In this document: positions 1 through 13,116 of the stretch, in pieces
How positions within the stretch are numbered: position 1 is the stretch's first letter
Layout: each line of letters begins with the position of its first letter
Assembly (NCBI GenBank): GCA_977016875.1
Contig: CDRNST010000071.1
Coordinates: 868,001 to 932,000, forward strand
Origin: Pavona decussata
Lineage: Eukaryota
DNA length: 64,000 bases
Direction of reading: 5' to 3'
The notes under the pieces: model-generated
What the model was told of the DNA's origin: nothing
Seen by the model: only the letters and a program-made list of their open reading frames with translations
Database searches by the model: none
Program-made: the position numbers and the translations under genes

Positions 1-1611
1 CGGCAAAAGGGTCGAAAAGAAGTTTAATGTACCAAAAAGTGTGATGCAAGTGCAAAGTTATTGTTTTGCTTACTATATCTGCCCCTTTTTTGATGTTTCC
101 AATTTGCTTTCCCCATCCCAGTTGTTTTAGCCTGACTACGGGCCTGTTAAAGCAATTCTTCCCGCCCCCCACCCCTTCCCTACTGCCTACTGCCATATCT
201 CAGTGACCATCTAACTAATTTGCATATTTGCTGTCACGCAACATTGTTAGACTTGTCTGAATCTTTTGGATTTCTTCTCTTCCCGTCGATAATGGTTAAA
301 AGGAAGCGAGGGGAAAACAGAAATCTTTCTGATAAAGCAAGATAGGAGCATTATTGAAGGCCCTGAAGCTGTAATTAGCAGTTTGCCCGTCGCGTCGGTT
401 TGTTTTCACTGGCAGTCATTTGGTCGCCAAACGATGTCGTGGTCGAAATTAGCCAACTTTAACGACCTTTTGTGAAAATCTCAATGGAGAACCCAGCCTG
501 ATATTTAGGTATGAAGTACATCAAGGCAATTGTTACTGAAAGCCAAAGTGTGAGAATATTTCGAGTTATACCACATACTGAAATGTGTGCTTGACCTTTG
601 ACACTACATTACAGAGTAAACCAGCTGTAAAAATATGCCGCTGGTTTTAAATTGTTTAAATTTGCCAGATATCATAACAAACACAAATTCATCGGTTATC
701 ATATCAGAAAGAGATTGTCTTTCGATATAAGAAATTCCGATTTTCGTACGCTTCTTCTAAAACAAACGGGGAGACAATGAAAAGTGGCGATTTTCCGGTT
801 TTAAATTCAATCATTTTTCAGTTCACAAGGCTTCGATCGATTTTCCTGATTTTCTCAAAACGCAAATGTTTCTGGCCAATTTAAGCCACACCATGATTCC
901 TACTTTAGTAAAACCTTATTATGGACAAAAGATGAAAGAAATCGACTCTGCTAAGTTTCGCCAGAAAATTCAGATTTTGCTCGATTTTTCCTGACCGCCG
1001 CTCTTAATATGTAACANNNNNNNNNNNNNNNNNNNNNNNNNNNNNNNNNNNNNNNNNNNNNNNNNNNNNNNNNNNNNNNNNNNNNNNNNNNNNNNNNNNN
1101 NNNNNNNNNNNNNNNNNNNNNNNNNNNNNNNNNNNNNNNNNNNNNNNNNNNNNNNNNNNNNNNNNTTAGTTGGATCAATATCAATCTTGGGTCAACGAAA
1201 TAAACTATCAAATTTTATGGAACAATTATGACCATGTTAATTGAAGATCAATCTCATTGTTTATTCAATCAGGTGAAACATCAAGATAAGACATTTGCAA
1301 AACAGACACATCCAAACCTACATTTACTATAGATTTCTTGTAAAATTTCTTCGATTGGTCCATTTGTTTCAATGCTATTTCGAGCTCCAAAAGTTTGTAT
1401 GAGTAGTTATTTCAACTGTCCCCACCCCATGTACCCCTAGGACATTAGAAACTGGAAAGAAGCTAATTCCCAGGCCAGGCAAGTTGAATTGCTTCAGGGG
1501 TTGCTCAGGGAGACGGTTATACATGTATTCAAAAACTCATTAATAATTCATAAGCCCATTGACCTATCAAATGGTCGATAATACATCACGTGCAGTGACT
1601 TTATATTGATA

Positions 1612-1720
1612 AACCTCCTTATTAGTATGTGATGTTTTATCAGCTGATAAAATACTCCTCATTAGTATGCGGTGTTTTATCAGCCGATAAAACACTCCTC
1701 ATAAGTATGAGGTGTTTTTC
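1612..1720. repeat. ~40-bp tandem repeat (about 3 copies), probably within a non-autonomous DNA element
   Basis: Unit aacactcctcattagtatgcggtgttttatcagctgataa repeated with few mismatches. Confidence 0.7.
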
Positions 1721-2010
1721 TTGTATGCTAATTTCCAACATTCACAAAAGCATAATATTGTTATGAACTCTATTGACACACGCTTTTCCAGGAATGTTTT
1801 TGAAGCCATTCAAAAAACTCGCAGCACGTGTTTTATCGGGTCTAAAACCACGAGGCACTGATAAAACACTCCTGCTCATTTTTTAAACATTACATAGGAA
1901 CAGAACCATGTAAAACATTGACTAGGAAAAACAACAAGTGCTCCCCTCGTAAGGCAGCCATGCTGTACACTAGGCTGCAGATTAGATTCATGTGGTGTAA
2001 ATATTTACAG

Positions 2011-5000
2011 GTGATGCAGCGAGATGTCCCTGGTATTGATCACTCATTTCTTGCTATGGACACCGAGGAAGGTGTTGAGGTGGTTTGGAATGAAGTGCAG
2101 TTTTCAGAGAGGAAATACTTTAAAAGCCAAGAGGTACATAACTTAAGCCTTATTGGCTTCGTCAGGCTACCCTTCCTCACTAATGTTTTGTTAATATCGT
2201 AATTTGTGTGTGTATAATTTATGTTGTAGGTTAAAATGATTTCAACGTAGGTTGATTTGTATTTTCCTTAGTTTCAGATGTAAATTACCCAACCTTAACA
2301 AACTTTAAGGAAAATACAAATCAACCTAGGTTGAAATCATTTTAACCTGGATTCATTTTAACCTACAACATATATAATTATATATATATGAGGCAAATCA
2401 ATTAACTGAACAATAAACTGAACTTTATTCTTGACTGCTTTTCTCCAATCCCTGGGCAATTGTTTTAGTGACTTGCAGTTTGTAATAAACTGAGGCAAAT
2501 ACTTCTTTTTCAGGAAACTGTCAAAGCTGTGTTTGAAAATTTAATTCAGTTGGACGTAAGTAGCACTTTCATTTGTAAGGATGACATTGGAATTTGTTTT
2601 CATATGACTATCAGTTTTTGTACATGCTAACCCCTATCTGTTCTTTATAGCATGCCAATATTGTGAAATTCCACAAGTTCTGGACTGATGCCCGCTCTGA
2701 AACACCTCGCGTCATTTTCATTACTGAATACATGACTTCTGGCTCTTTGAAACAGTTCCTGAAGAAGACGCGGAAGAGTAATTATAAAACATTAAATGAA
2801 AAGGTTTGATATAAAAAATGCCAACTCAATAAGCAGCATTTTAGATTGTATAAAATCAGTATCAACTAGTGTTCTGTCACAGATGCATGTAGCTTCAACT
2901 TCAAAGTATCAAAGTAATTAATAATGTAGAATTTCCATTTTTGTTTTTTTTTTATATATAATATTTGTGAAGATCTACAACTACAAATACAACTTTAATG
3001 AGTAGTCATCCCCAAGAGGGCTTTTCAGTCTCAATTATAAAAAATGAGTGAATTAAAAAATGAAATGATTTTTTAATACTGTGCAATTTGTACCCAAAAA
3101 AATATTTATTAGTAAGATTGTTTACTCTTGGCTTTTAGATGCATTGAGCTGTGCCATCATCGTAATAAATTATATAATTGTTTATTTGAGTGAGTATTAT
3201 GTCGCTTAAGATTTACCCTTCAATTAAATTGCAGGCTTGGAAAAAATGGTTACGGCAGATCTTGTCAGCTTTAAGGTAACTTCAAGACTGAATTTAAGGA
3301 TTCCTGTTTTTGGTTTATTGCCTGTTCTTCAGTTAATAAAGGTACTCAGGGCCCAAGTTTACACATTGTTCAAATTGTGTCATATGAAGAAATGAACCCC
3401 ATCACCAGAAAGATCACATAACAATTAGTAAGTTCACCAAGTTTGGTTATGTTTCATTGTGTATTAACCAGGCTGTGACCTGTCAAAGGTCACCCAAATT
3501 CCATACAAATGACTCTTTCTAATTCTAAGATAAGGTCCCCCAAATCCATATGTACAAGGTCTCTATTTTTTCTGATTTTTGAAAGCCTTCTACATGGTTA
3601 CAATCTAATTACAGAACCTCAAACTTAGTAAAAAGACTAATTTTAAATTAGTGTTAAATGTAATTTAACTTAGTTAACGACTTGGAGCAAGTTTGCTCCC
3701 TCGGGCGTGGCGTAGCATGGCGTTAGCATTTATTGGCGTAAGGTTTGGGCGCTGGTGGCGAGTTAGCATTTGGGCGTTTCTTGAACATTCCATAATTTAC
3801 TGTTGGGGCCTGGTTCAGGTCTGCGGGCAGACTTGCCTGGCCAGCGGTATTCTTTTGCGGTTTAGGTGTGCTCTTTTGCACATGCTCGGAATTTTACTTG
3901 ACTCAGCATTTTCGTGGAGTGGTTGGTTTATCGCGTTTTGTAGGGCTTTTCCTTGAACCTCGCTTCCCTCCTGGTAGGGTTATTGTTTGGGATTAGCATT
4001 AGGGTTGGGGGTTGGTTAAGGGTTAGGGTTAGTTCTATGTCTTATTTACTTGTTATTTTTCCACTGAGCTTCTAGTCTCAGTGTGACGGGTGCTAGGGGT
4101 GGAGCTGGGTTGTGGGCAGGGCTCGTGGCCGGATTGTGGGTAGGGCAGGTTTATGGGGTGTTCTACCTACCTGGGTTTGGGTTGGCGGTACCATCCCCCT
4201 GGCTCCTGGGCACCCAACTTCCATTTGTGACATAGGCATTAATGTGATCTTTCTTGTGATGGACTCCTAATTCTGATTAAATAAAAATATAATAACTCAT
4301 CCCCAGTCTCCATTTGCACTCTGTAATGGGCAATTTAGCAATAAAACTATAAGTTTGACTCCAGCCTGGTAATCTTAATGTGTTTTTGCAGCTATCTCCA
4401 TGGTTGTGAGACACCCATTATTCATGGGAACTTGTCCTGTGATACAATATTCATTCAGCACAATGGCCTCATCAAAATTGGTTCAGGTACGTTGAACACG
4501 TCAATAACTTAAGCTAACTATTTCATGGTTACAAGTACATTTTTATATTGGTGAACATATAAACATGTGATAAGTTGTGGTAACACTAACAGTTGAATCT
4601 TCCAAGCTCTTAAAATTCAGTATTTAAGTGAATGGCTTTGGAAACTTTTACAGTCTTATCCACGTCACTTGTGACAAGTATTTCTGAGGATGAAATGAAC
4701 ATTCGAATTTCTCTTTGTAATGTCCAGTTCTTGAATGGAATGTTGAACATTTCTCTGGAAAACTTTCCCAAAAAGACGCATTAATTGAAGAAAAGGTTCT
4801 AAATACTTGGGAAACAATAATTATTATTCTTAAAACACTTGATGCTGTAATGTAAAGAAAAATTCATAGCTTTATATCGTCAATAAACTAAGGGAAATTG
4901 CTACATCTCGTTGTCGATGTTCAAAACTGACATGTAAATTTCAAAACTCCTTTCAAAAATACCGGTCACACGTGACATGGATTGACTGTAAGTGCTGTTT

Positions 5001-8000
5001 ATGCCTTAGGCAGCTTATCTAGACTGGGCTTTTTTGGACTTCTGGTTCGAATGGGGGTGGGGGGTGGTGGGGGACAGATTCTAACTCTCTCCCTCCTACC
5101 TTCCACTAACTCCAAAAGTAATTAAGCTGGAATTTTATGATGATTTGCAACTGGTGGCCATCTTGGATCTGCTTTTTTTTTTTTTTTTTTTTTTTTCTGG
5201 ATTTCTACAAAACTTCCAAAGCCACCAAAATTGACCTAGAGTGACAAGTATGCTAAAATGATCTTTATTTGTAACAATCAATCTTTATTTATTTCATCAC
5301 TAAGTGAATACAGAGAAATGCAACTTCTTTTACTAAATACACTGGACCGCGGGTAGCGAAAGCTAATCGAAGCGGGCAGAGTAAGACAAGAAGAAGATAT
5401 GTACAATATATTAAAGAGACGCTAAAAGAAATAAGGGAGTAGAATATACTAAGAGAATGAAGTGATTACTTTATGAAATAAATAAATAAATAATTACATA
5501 TATATGTATATGATATACACTCTGGCAGTTTGTGGTTATAAGAAGTTATTTGCAACAGTTTAGAGATCAGGGTAGACATGTTAACATAGGTATTGTCATT
5601 GGTAAACCTAACCTTGTTTGATTGTCTGTTATCAGTTGCCCCTGATACAATTCATAACCATGTAAAGACTTACAGAGACGAGCGGCGAAACATGCACTTT
5701 ATTGCTCCAGAATACGGTATGTATTAACACCTGTGACTCACCCTGGGCTTTCTTAGTGCTTCATATTCCCAATGAAGCATAAGATTTCAAAGTTGACATT
5801 CAAATTCATAGTCAAGTAATTATTATTTTGTTATATTTATCAACAGGAAAACCTGGCCATAATTTTGACTGTAAAGTTGATATTTATGCATTTGGAATGT
5901 GTGCTCTTGAGGTAATGACTGTTACACTCAAAATCAAAAGTTTATTTAACAAACTTAGTTTTGATTTCATCTGTGATCCAGTCGTCAGTGTGACAACTTT
6001 TTGCATTTCCTAAGTTGTCTTTCATCACCTAGGCAAAAAATGGATACTGGTAAATGGTCCTACAGTAGTATGGCTATGTATAGTAGTATTTAGATTTCAC
6101 AGTGAACAACAGTGTATGCAAAAATCAGGGTTCCCACAGTCACGGGAAAAGTCAGGGGAAAACAGAATTTTTTCAAGGTTAATGGAAAACTCAGGGAATT
6201 CAAGCCAGGAAATACTAAATTCTACCTCAAAGTCAGTTAAAAGGCGGGGAATTGTATTTTTGGCTAGCCACCAGGTTTGGGAAAGGGTTTCCTCGTTGGC
6301 AAAGGTAATGTTGTTTTCAAAAGACATGTATTTATGAAGGATTTGATTTTGTGGCTTCATCGCCAGCTTATTGGTAGAGAAATTGTCTTCTGTGGACCTT
6401 GAGAGCTGGTTTGTGATCAGGGAAAAGTCAGGAAATTTTTATTATCGTGATAAGTGGCAACCCTGCTAATAAATGAACATACCTTTTTCCTTGTAGATGG
6501 CAGCATTGGAACTCCATGACACAGAAGGTCCTGTGTTGAGGGAAAACATCCGAAAAGCCATTGAAGGATTGGAACAACCATTTCAAAAGGTAGGTTTTCA
6601 AACAAAGCATGATTAGCTGCTCAAGGGACATTAGATCACTGTAGAGACGTTTTCAGTTTATTCCATGAAGATAAAGAGCTAAGCAAACTTAAGGTTTCTT
6701 CATTTTAGATCTCTTTAGTTGAGTTTTTTCATTCAACAGGATTTCATACGGAGGTGTTTAGCTGAAAATCCTGCAGAAAGACCAACGGCGAGAGATTTGC
6801 TGCTGCATCCAAGTCTGTTTGAGGTATTACATGCTTACTTGAATTGTGGATCCACAATGTCACTTCCTCAGGTTGTTGTTAATATTATTATGGTGTATTC
6901 CATCATCTCACATCGATATATCCTGATCCCTTTCTCACTTTGGTGTGCTGTGGGTGGAATGTGGTTCTGAGCTTACTGTTTTTGATCATGTACTTGGAGA
7001 GCATTAATCCCACTTTTTCTCATGAAATTTTGTCATGTATTGTGTGCTTTATCTGAAATCCTGCATTTATTGTACAGCTGTAAGCCCCATCATCTTGCAA
7101 CCAGTGCCGCTTTTTTTGACATTGGAAATTATCTCCTGGGTGTATAATACATGTTGTGTTGTACTGTACACTGTAAGTTGTGATAGTTTGTTTCCCACTG
7201 TACCTCCATTGTGCACAATTAAGTGTCATGTTGTGGGAAGTGAATTTTGCAACATGACAAGTTGTTGCATGTAGAGGTGGTAATATTAGACATTTACAAA
7301 CCATCACAACTTGCAATGCAACATTTGTTTTACAACAAGTTGTCTGAGAACAATTTAAATTTTAATGATTAATTGCCTTTTGTTTGTTCAAGGTTCATTC
7401 CCTCAAGTTACTGGCGGCTCATTGTATGGTGGATAATGATGGTAAAATGGCTAATCTGTTTGTAAAAACCTCTTAAACAGGAAGTTCCGGTATAAAAGGG
7501 ACCTGGCCAGGCCTCAATCAACCATCAAAGCGCAAACAACTGATAAACAACATGTGCCTCTTTCTTCAGCTTTTACCAATAAAATTGGCTTAGTTTTCAT
7601 AATTACAACTTGATATCTTTTAACTGTGGTGATAATTATTATAAAATTTTAGGCATATTTTTTAGAGGACGCTTGAGTCAACAACTTGCCATGACTGAAC
7701 AGCATCTAAATTTGCATCTCACGCCCACAAAGGTGTGAAATGAAGGAGGAGCTTGCCCTTTTATAGCAGAACTTCTTGTTTAAGGACTGAAGGCATAACT
7801 GTCCTCTGACAAATTTTGCATGTGATAGTCTAGCTACAAATAAGTGCTGTGGTCACACTTGGGCAAACTCGGATACATGTTTTTTTTTTAGATTTTTGTT
7901 TTTTATGGATTAAATATATTTTACCATAGAAAATGAAGCTTGTATGCCAAACTTCAGCAACTTTTTAGCAATCTTTTCTTTTTTGAGCAAAATTATCACT

Positions 8001-8331
8001 TACAGTATGCCTCTTATGCCATGAGTGCTAAATAGTAAGCATCAGAAAGTACTGATGACCAAGCAAGTTTAGTTAACCCTTTAAGCCCAAACAGTAATCA
8101 GCATCTAATTTCTCCTTGTAATATCAATGCTTATTCCTCCCCTGAGGTTATGAGATTTAAAGAAATGATCACCCAAGGTCAATTTTCATGATATTTTTCT
8201 AACTTCTCCCCAGTACTGTTATAAGAAAAGATATGTAGTTTTTTTTTTATCTTCTGAATTAATAAAGACTATTATTATTATTATTTTGAGGCCCTTTGGG
8301 CCATCTTGGCGCCAGGTGACAAGTGAAGTGA

Positions 8332-8376
<45 letters not shown>

Positions 8377-11300
8377 AGGCTTTTACCGAACGGTAAAATG
8401 CGCTTAATGGAACGTGACGCCTTAGGGGTGGTAGGTCACGCAATGTTGTGTCGACCCCAGACAACAATGTATACACGAAAGCCTCATTCATAAATGAATA
8501 CTCTCTATTCAGTAGGGTTAGGATAAAAGCCTTTCATGGCTAGGAAATTGTACCAATATGTTGCACAATTGTCTAGAAATGAATCTTACCTTTGCTGGGA
8601 TTGGTTCTCGTTTTGTAAAGCCCTATTGATGGCTAGTAGTTTGCCACGTTGTGTCTTTTAGTTTACAGTACATTTGTACCTATTGGCCGAACTTTGAGTC
8701 ACTGTCTCGCTATAAAAGCGTCAGAACACTATCCCAGGGCATTATCCTGGCAGTATTGCACGAACGCAAACACGTTTAAAAATTTTGTTTATCGTTCATC
8801 ATCATGGTTCGTCCACGTCCTCATCCTCGGCCTGCTACAACCGTCCGAAACGACGACCTTACAAAGCTTTCCGGCGAAGTCCTTCGACTGCGCTTGCAGC
8901 AACTGAATCTCCCGATCACGGGAACTCGTCCTCGCCTCATTGAAAGGCTTAGAGCAGCGACAACGCCCGCACCAGCACGTCCTAAACGACGCCCTTCTCG
9001 TGGTCGAGGAAAAAAGAACATTGCCGCTCCTGTGCGTACACGTAAACCACGGACTGTCGAAACGACCGAACCTACGGCCGAAGCCCCGCTATCGGACGGT
9101 GATGAGTACGTTTCAGACGCCGGTTCATCGGTTGGCGAGCTGTTCGAGGAGCAGATGGAGGACTTCGAGCCCGATCAGGCACACGATCGTGATCTCGTAT
9201 TCACGCCAGCCCAACTCGCCGCCATTCAGGACACCGTCTCGTCCACTGTTCAGGCAGCGTTAAGTTCTTTCCCGAACCGTGAAGCCCCAGCAAGGATGTA
9301 CCTTGACCAAAGCACGCCCACTCCGCGTTCGCAAAACGTGGCAACTCCTCTAGGCCTGAACCGTCCCATGGACAAATCACTTGAGGACAAAATACTCCGT
9401 GGTGAGTACATTGATTTCTGTTTACTTCTCCCCGATACGATTTATCGGTCCCAGTCCCCCGCCCTGCAGCTGCGATACGAAGAGTCCTCCCCAGGCTCCC
9501 AGGGCTCCCCGCTCACCCTGGTTAAACGGAAAAAGCCAGTCATAGATACCTTCCAAAAGTGGCTCGATGCCTTTAGCACCTACATGCTGGTAATCGTCGC
9601 CGCCTACCCCAACAGATCCTTGGAGCTGATCAAATATCAGCAGATCATCAGTCGAGCTGTATCAAAGTTTTAAGGCTTAGCGTGGCTGTCTTATGACGAA
9701 CAGTTTAGACGGCGTACCGCACACGATCTTAGCCTCCCCTGGGACAAAATCGATCTTGAACTTTGGACAGTCACCTTCTCTGGTCTTGCTAAGCCACATT
9801 GTTCTGTGTGCTCTAGCCCCTACCACCATAGCGACGACTGTCCCAATCAGGACCCCAGCAGAAAGCCCCGCCGCCCAGCCCTGGTCTGCTTTGACTTCAA
9901 CAAGCCCTCCGGCTGTCAGCGCCAGTCCTGCTACTTCCCACATAACTGCCGCCGGTGTGGTTCCAACACACACGCCGCCTTCAACTGCCGCAGTTCCAGA
10001 CAGTCAGCCAGCAGCAGCACCAAGACCGCCAGTCCCAGCGACCGCAGCAAAAAGTAAAGTGTCACAGCGCCAGCAGAACCAGAGACCCACAGTGTCCACT
10101 CCCTTACATGTAGATAACTTAGTACTAGAATTAGTTAATCACCCTGATCGCTCTTTTGTTAATAATTTAGCTAATGCCCTCCGGTATGGTGCTCGCATAG
10201 GTTACCTTGGCCCTCAACAAACCCGGGTGTCACGCAACTTGCTCTCCGCGTCTCAACATCCAGAGGTTGTCTCAGCAAACCTTAACAAGGAAATGCAGTT
10301 GGGTAGAGTCGCGGGCCCCTTCCCTTCCCCACCACTCCCGGATTTCCAGTGTCATCCCATAGGCGTGGTCCCCAAGAAACACTCCTCAGAGTGGCGCACC
10401 ATCTATCACCTCTCTTACCCTGAGGGTGACAGCATAAACGATCACATTCCAAAAGACCCCTATTCCCTTCAGTATGTACGGGTGGACGATGCGGTACAAA
10501 TTTTGCGCTCCTTGGGCCCTGGGGCATTCATGGCCAAGACAGATCTCAAATCCGCCTTTCGCCTTATGCCAATTCACCCTGACGACTGGAACCTTCTGGG
10601 TATTTACTGGCAATCCCACTACTACGTAGATCTTTACCTCCCATTTGGGCTCCGTAGTGCTCCCTTTTTATTTAATCAGATTTCTGATGCCTTGGAATGG
10701 ATCCTAAAGCATAACTATGGTTTGAGACACGTAATTCACATCTTGGATGACTTTTTTATCGCTGAACCCACGAAACTAGCTTGCTTGGGGAGCTTTAGTA
10801 CCCTCCTAAAGGTATTTATGTCCCTCCGGGTCCCCACGGTAGCATCAAAGACCCTGGGCCCCTCTCAGGTTTTAGAATTCATGGGTATCGTCCTTGATAG
10901 TAATCGCATGGAGGCACGCTTACCCGACGATAAATTGACCAGAATCAGAAAGCTCCTTGATTCTTTCGCCAATCGCCGCTCAGCCCGGTTGGTGGAGCTC
11001 CAATCCCTTATAGGTACCCTGCAGTTTGCTTGTAAAGTTGTTGTCCCAGGAAGGACTTTCCTACAACGCATGATTAATCTTACTAGAGGGGCTTCCAGCC
11101 GTTTTCACCATATTCGCCTAAACAAGGAATTTTTTCGGGATATCACCATGTGGAAAGCTTTTCTCGCTAAATGGAATGGGCGCTCCTTTTTCCTAGACTC
11201 TTTTGTAACTTCTACCCCTGACCTCGAATTGTACACCGATGCTGCCAGCACCATCGGGTTTGGGGGGTATTTTAATGGTAAATGGTTCCAAGGGCGTTGG

Positions 11301-13034
11301 CCCCCTCACATGCTCATTGACAAACGCAAGGGGATTAGTATCGAATGGCAGGAACTCTTTCCTATTGTACTTGCCTGTGCACTCTGGTACCCCCATTTTT
11401 CGGGGAAACGCCTTCAGTTTTGGTGCGATAATGAGAGCGTTGTCGCCATCATAAACTCGGGCCATTCCAAAGCTCCCAGAGTAATGGACTTAGTTCGTTT
11501 CTTAGTTTTAATTTCCATGAAACATAATTTCTTGGTGCGGGCCCGTCACGTCCCGGGAGTCTCCAACGAAATCGCTGATGCCCTCTCCCGTTTTCAGGTC
11601 AGCCGCTTCCGGGAACTCGCTCCCGATGCCGACCAGAGCCCCTGTTCCATCCCGCCTTCCTTCATGACCCTCTGAAGGATGAAGTTTTGATGTACGCTAA
11701 CTGGGCCTTATCAGTGAACACCAACCGAACATATAGCTCTGGGGAAAAGCGGTTTCTTCAGTTTTGCCTCATGAACAGGCTTACAACACCCGAAGGCGCT
11801 ATTCTTCCCGCATCTGAAGGGACCCTTGTTTATTTTGCATCCTTCCTAGCTCGTACAGTTCGTCACAGTACAATTAAAATCTACTTAGCAGCAGTTCGTA
11901 ATCTTCATATTCTTTCAGGGTATGAGGACCCCCTAAGAGGGCGTCTTCTTCTCCAAAAGATTCTCCGGGGTATTCTCCGTTACCATGGTTCCCCTCGCAT
12001 TCGCCGTCAGCCGGTTACCCCCCGGGTCCTGTTAGCTATTCGCCCCATCCTTGACAAGTGGTTAGGTCCCAGGGATTTTTCCATGATCTGGGCTGCCTTT
12101 ACTCTCGCCTTTTTCGCCTTTCTTCGTTGTAGTGAGTTTACCTATCCGGGGGTACATAAATTTAGCTCTAAATTTAACCTTACATTAGATTGCATTACTT
12201 TTCTGCCATGTCTGGCCCGCCCGCAGCGCATACTTGTCACGCTCAAGTCCTCAAAGACTGACATTTTTAGGGAAGGGCACTCACTGGTTATTCCCCGGTG
12301 TGCTTCCTTACTATGTCCAGTCTCAGCCATGCAACAGTATTTTATCTTGGCGCGGCCACAACCGGGAACCCTGTTCTATTTTCGGTCAGGCCGGCTACTC
12401 ACTAGGTCCTCCGTCACGCTATTGCTTCGGGACTCCGCCCGCAGCGCGGGGCTCCCTTACAAAAGTCTCAAGGGTCATAGTTTTCGCATAGGCGCAGCAT
12501 CCGCCGCTGCCGCTGCAGGCTTACCAGACTGGCTAATTAAAGTATTGGGGCGCTGGTCCTCAGACTGTTACCAGATTTATATCCGACTCCCGAATCAGTG
12601 CTTCTTTCTGCGGTCCCGCAAATGGCCCGTGTTTCGGGCAACTTTCTTTAGGCTAGGGTTGGCTTGGGGGGATGCATGCTGTGCATGCATCTGTGGCGGT
12701 TAAGTCTGCGTTGCGACTTCCCTCAAGCTCTTGGCATTGCTCGTATCTTGCCATCTCATACCTTTGCCTTTATCTTGTCCGATCCAGCCCGTATGGTGCT
12801 GGGGAGATAAGAAAGGCTCTGCCAATACTCTTGTCCTACCCCACGTTAGTGGGGAGGTAAGTGAGGCTTACGTTTGTTTTGCGCACATAACCCGAAGTCG
12901 TATTAACCTGCCACGGGGATGTATCCCCCAATTACGCCACCTTGTTGTCTGTTTACTTTGTCTCAATACTGTTATCTAGCTGCATGCTTTGTTAAACAAT
13001 AATAATTTAAAGTATATGCGGAATAGTGACATTA

Positions 13035-13116
<82 letters not shown>

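Larger units (their letters stand above)
8376..13033 (+). mobile_element. Tyrosine-recombinase retrotransposon (DIRS order, Ngaro-like) in NRBP intron
   Basis: Order gag-like ORF1, overlapping RT-RNase H ORF2, then YR ORF3; no methyltransferase domain; bounded by (ATT)n tracts. Confidence 0.92.

Noticed and set aside
1-2010. Missing first NRBP coding exon
   Set aside because: No acidic EESPCGRW-like exon found; it probably lies upstream or in the N run.
3995-4035. Interstitial telomere
   Set aside because: Only two or three imperfect TTAGGG words.
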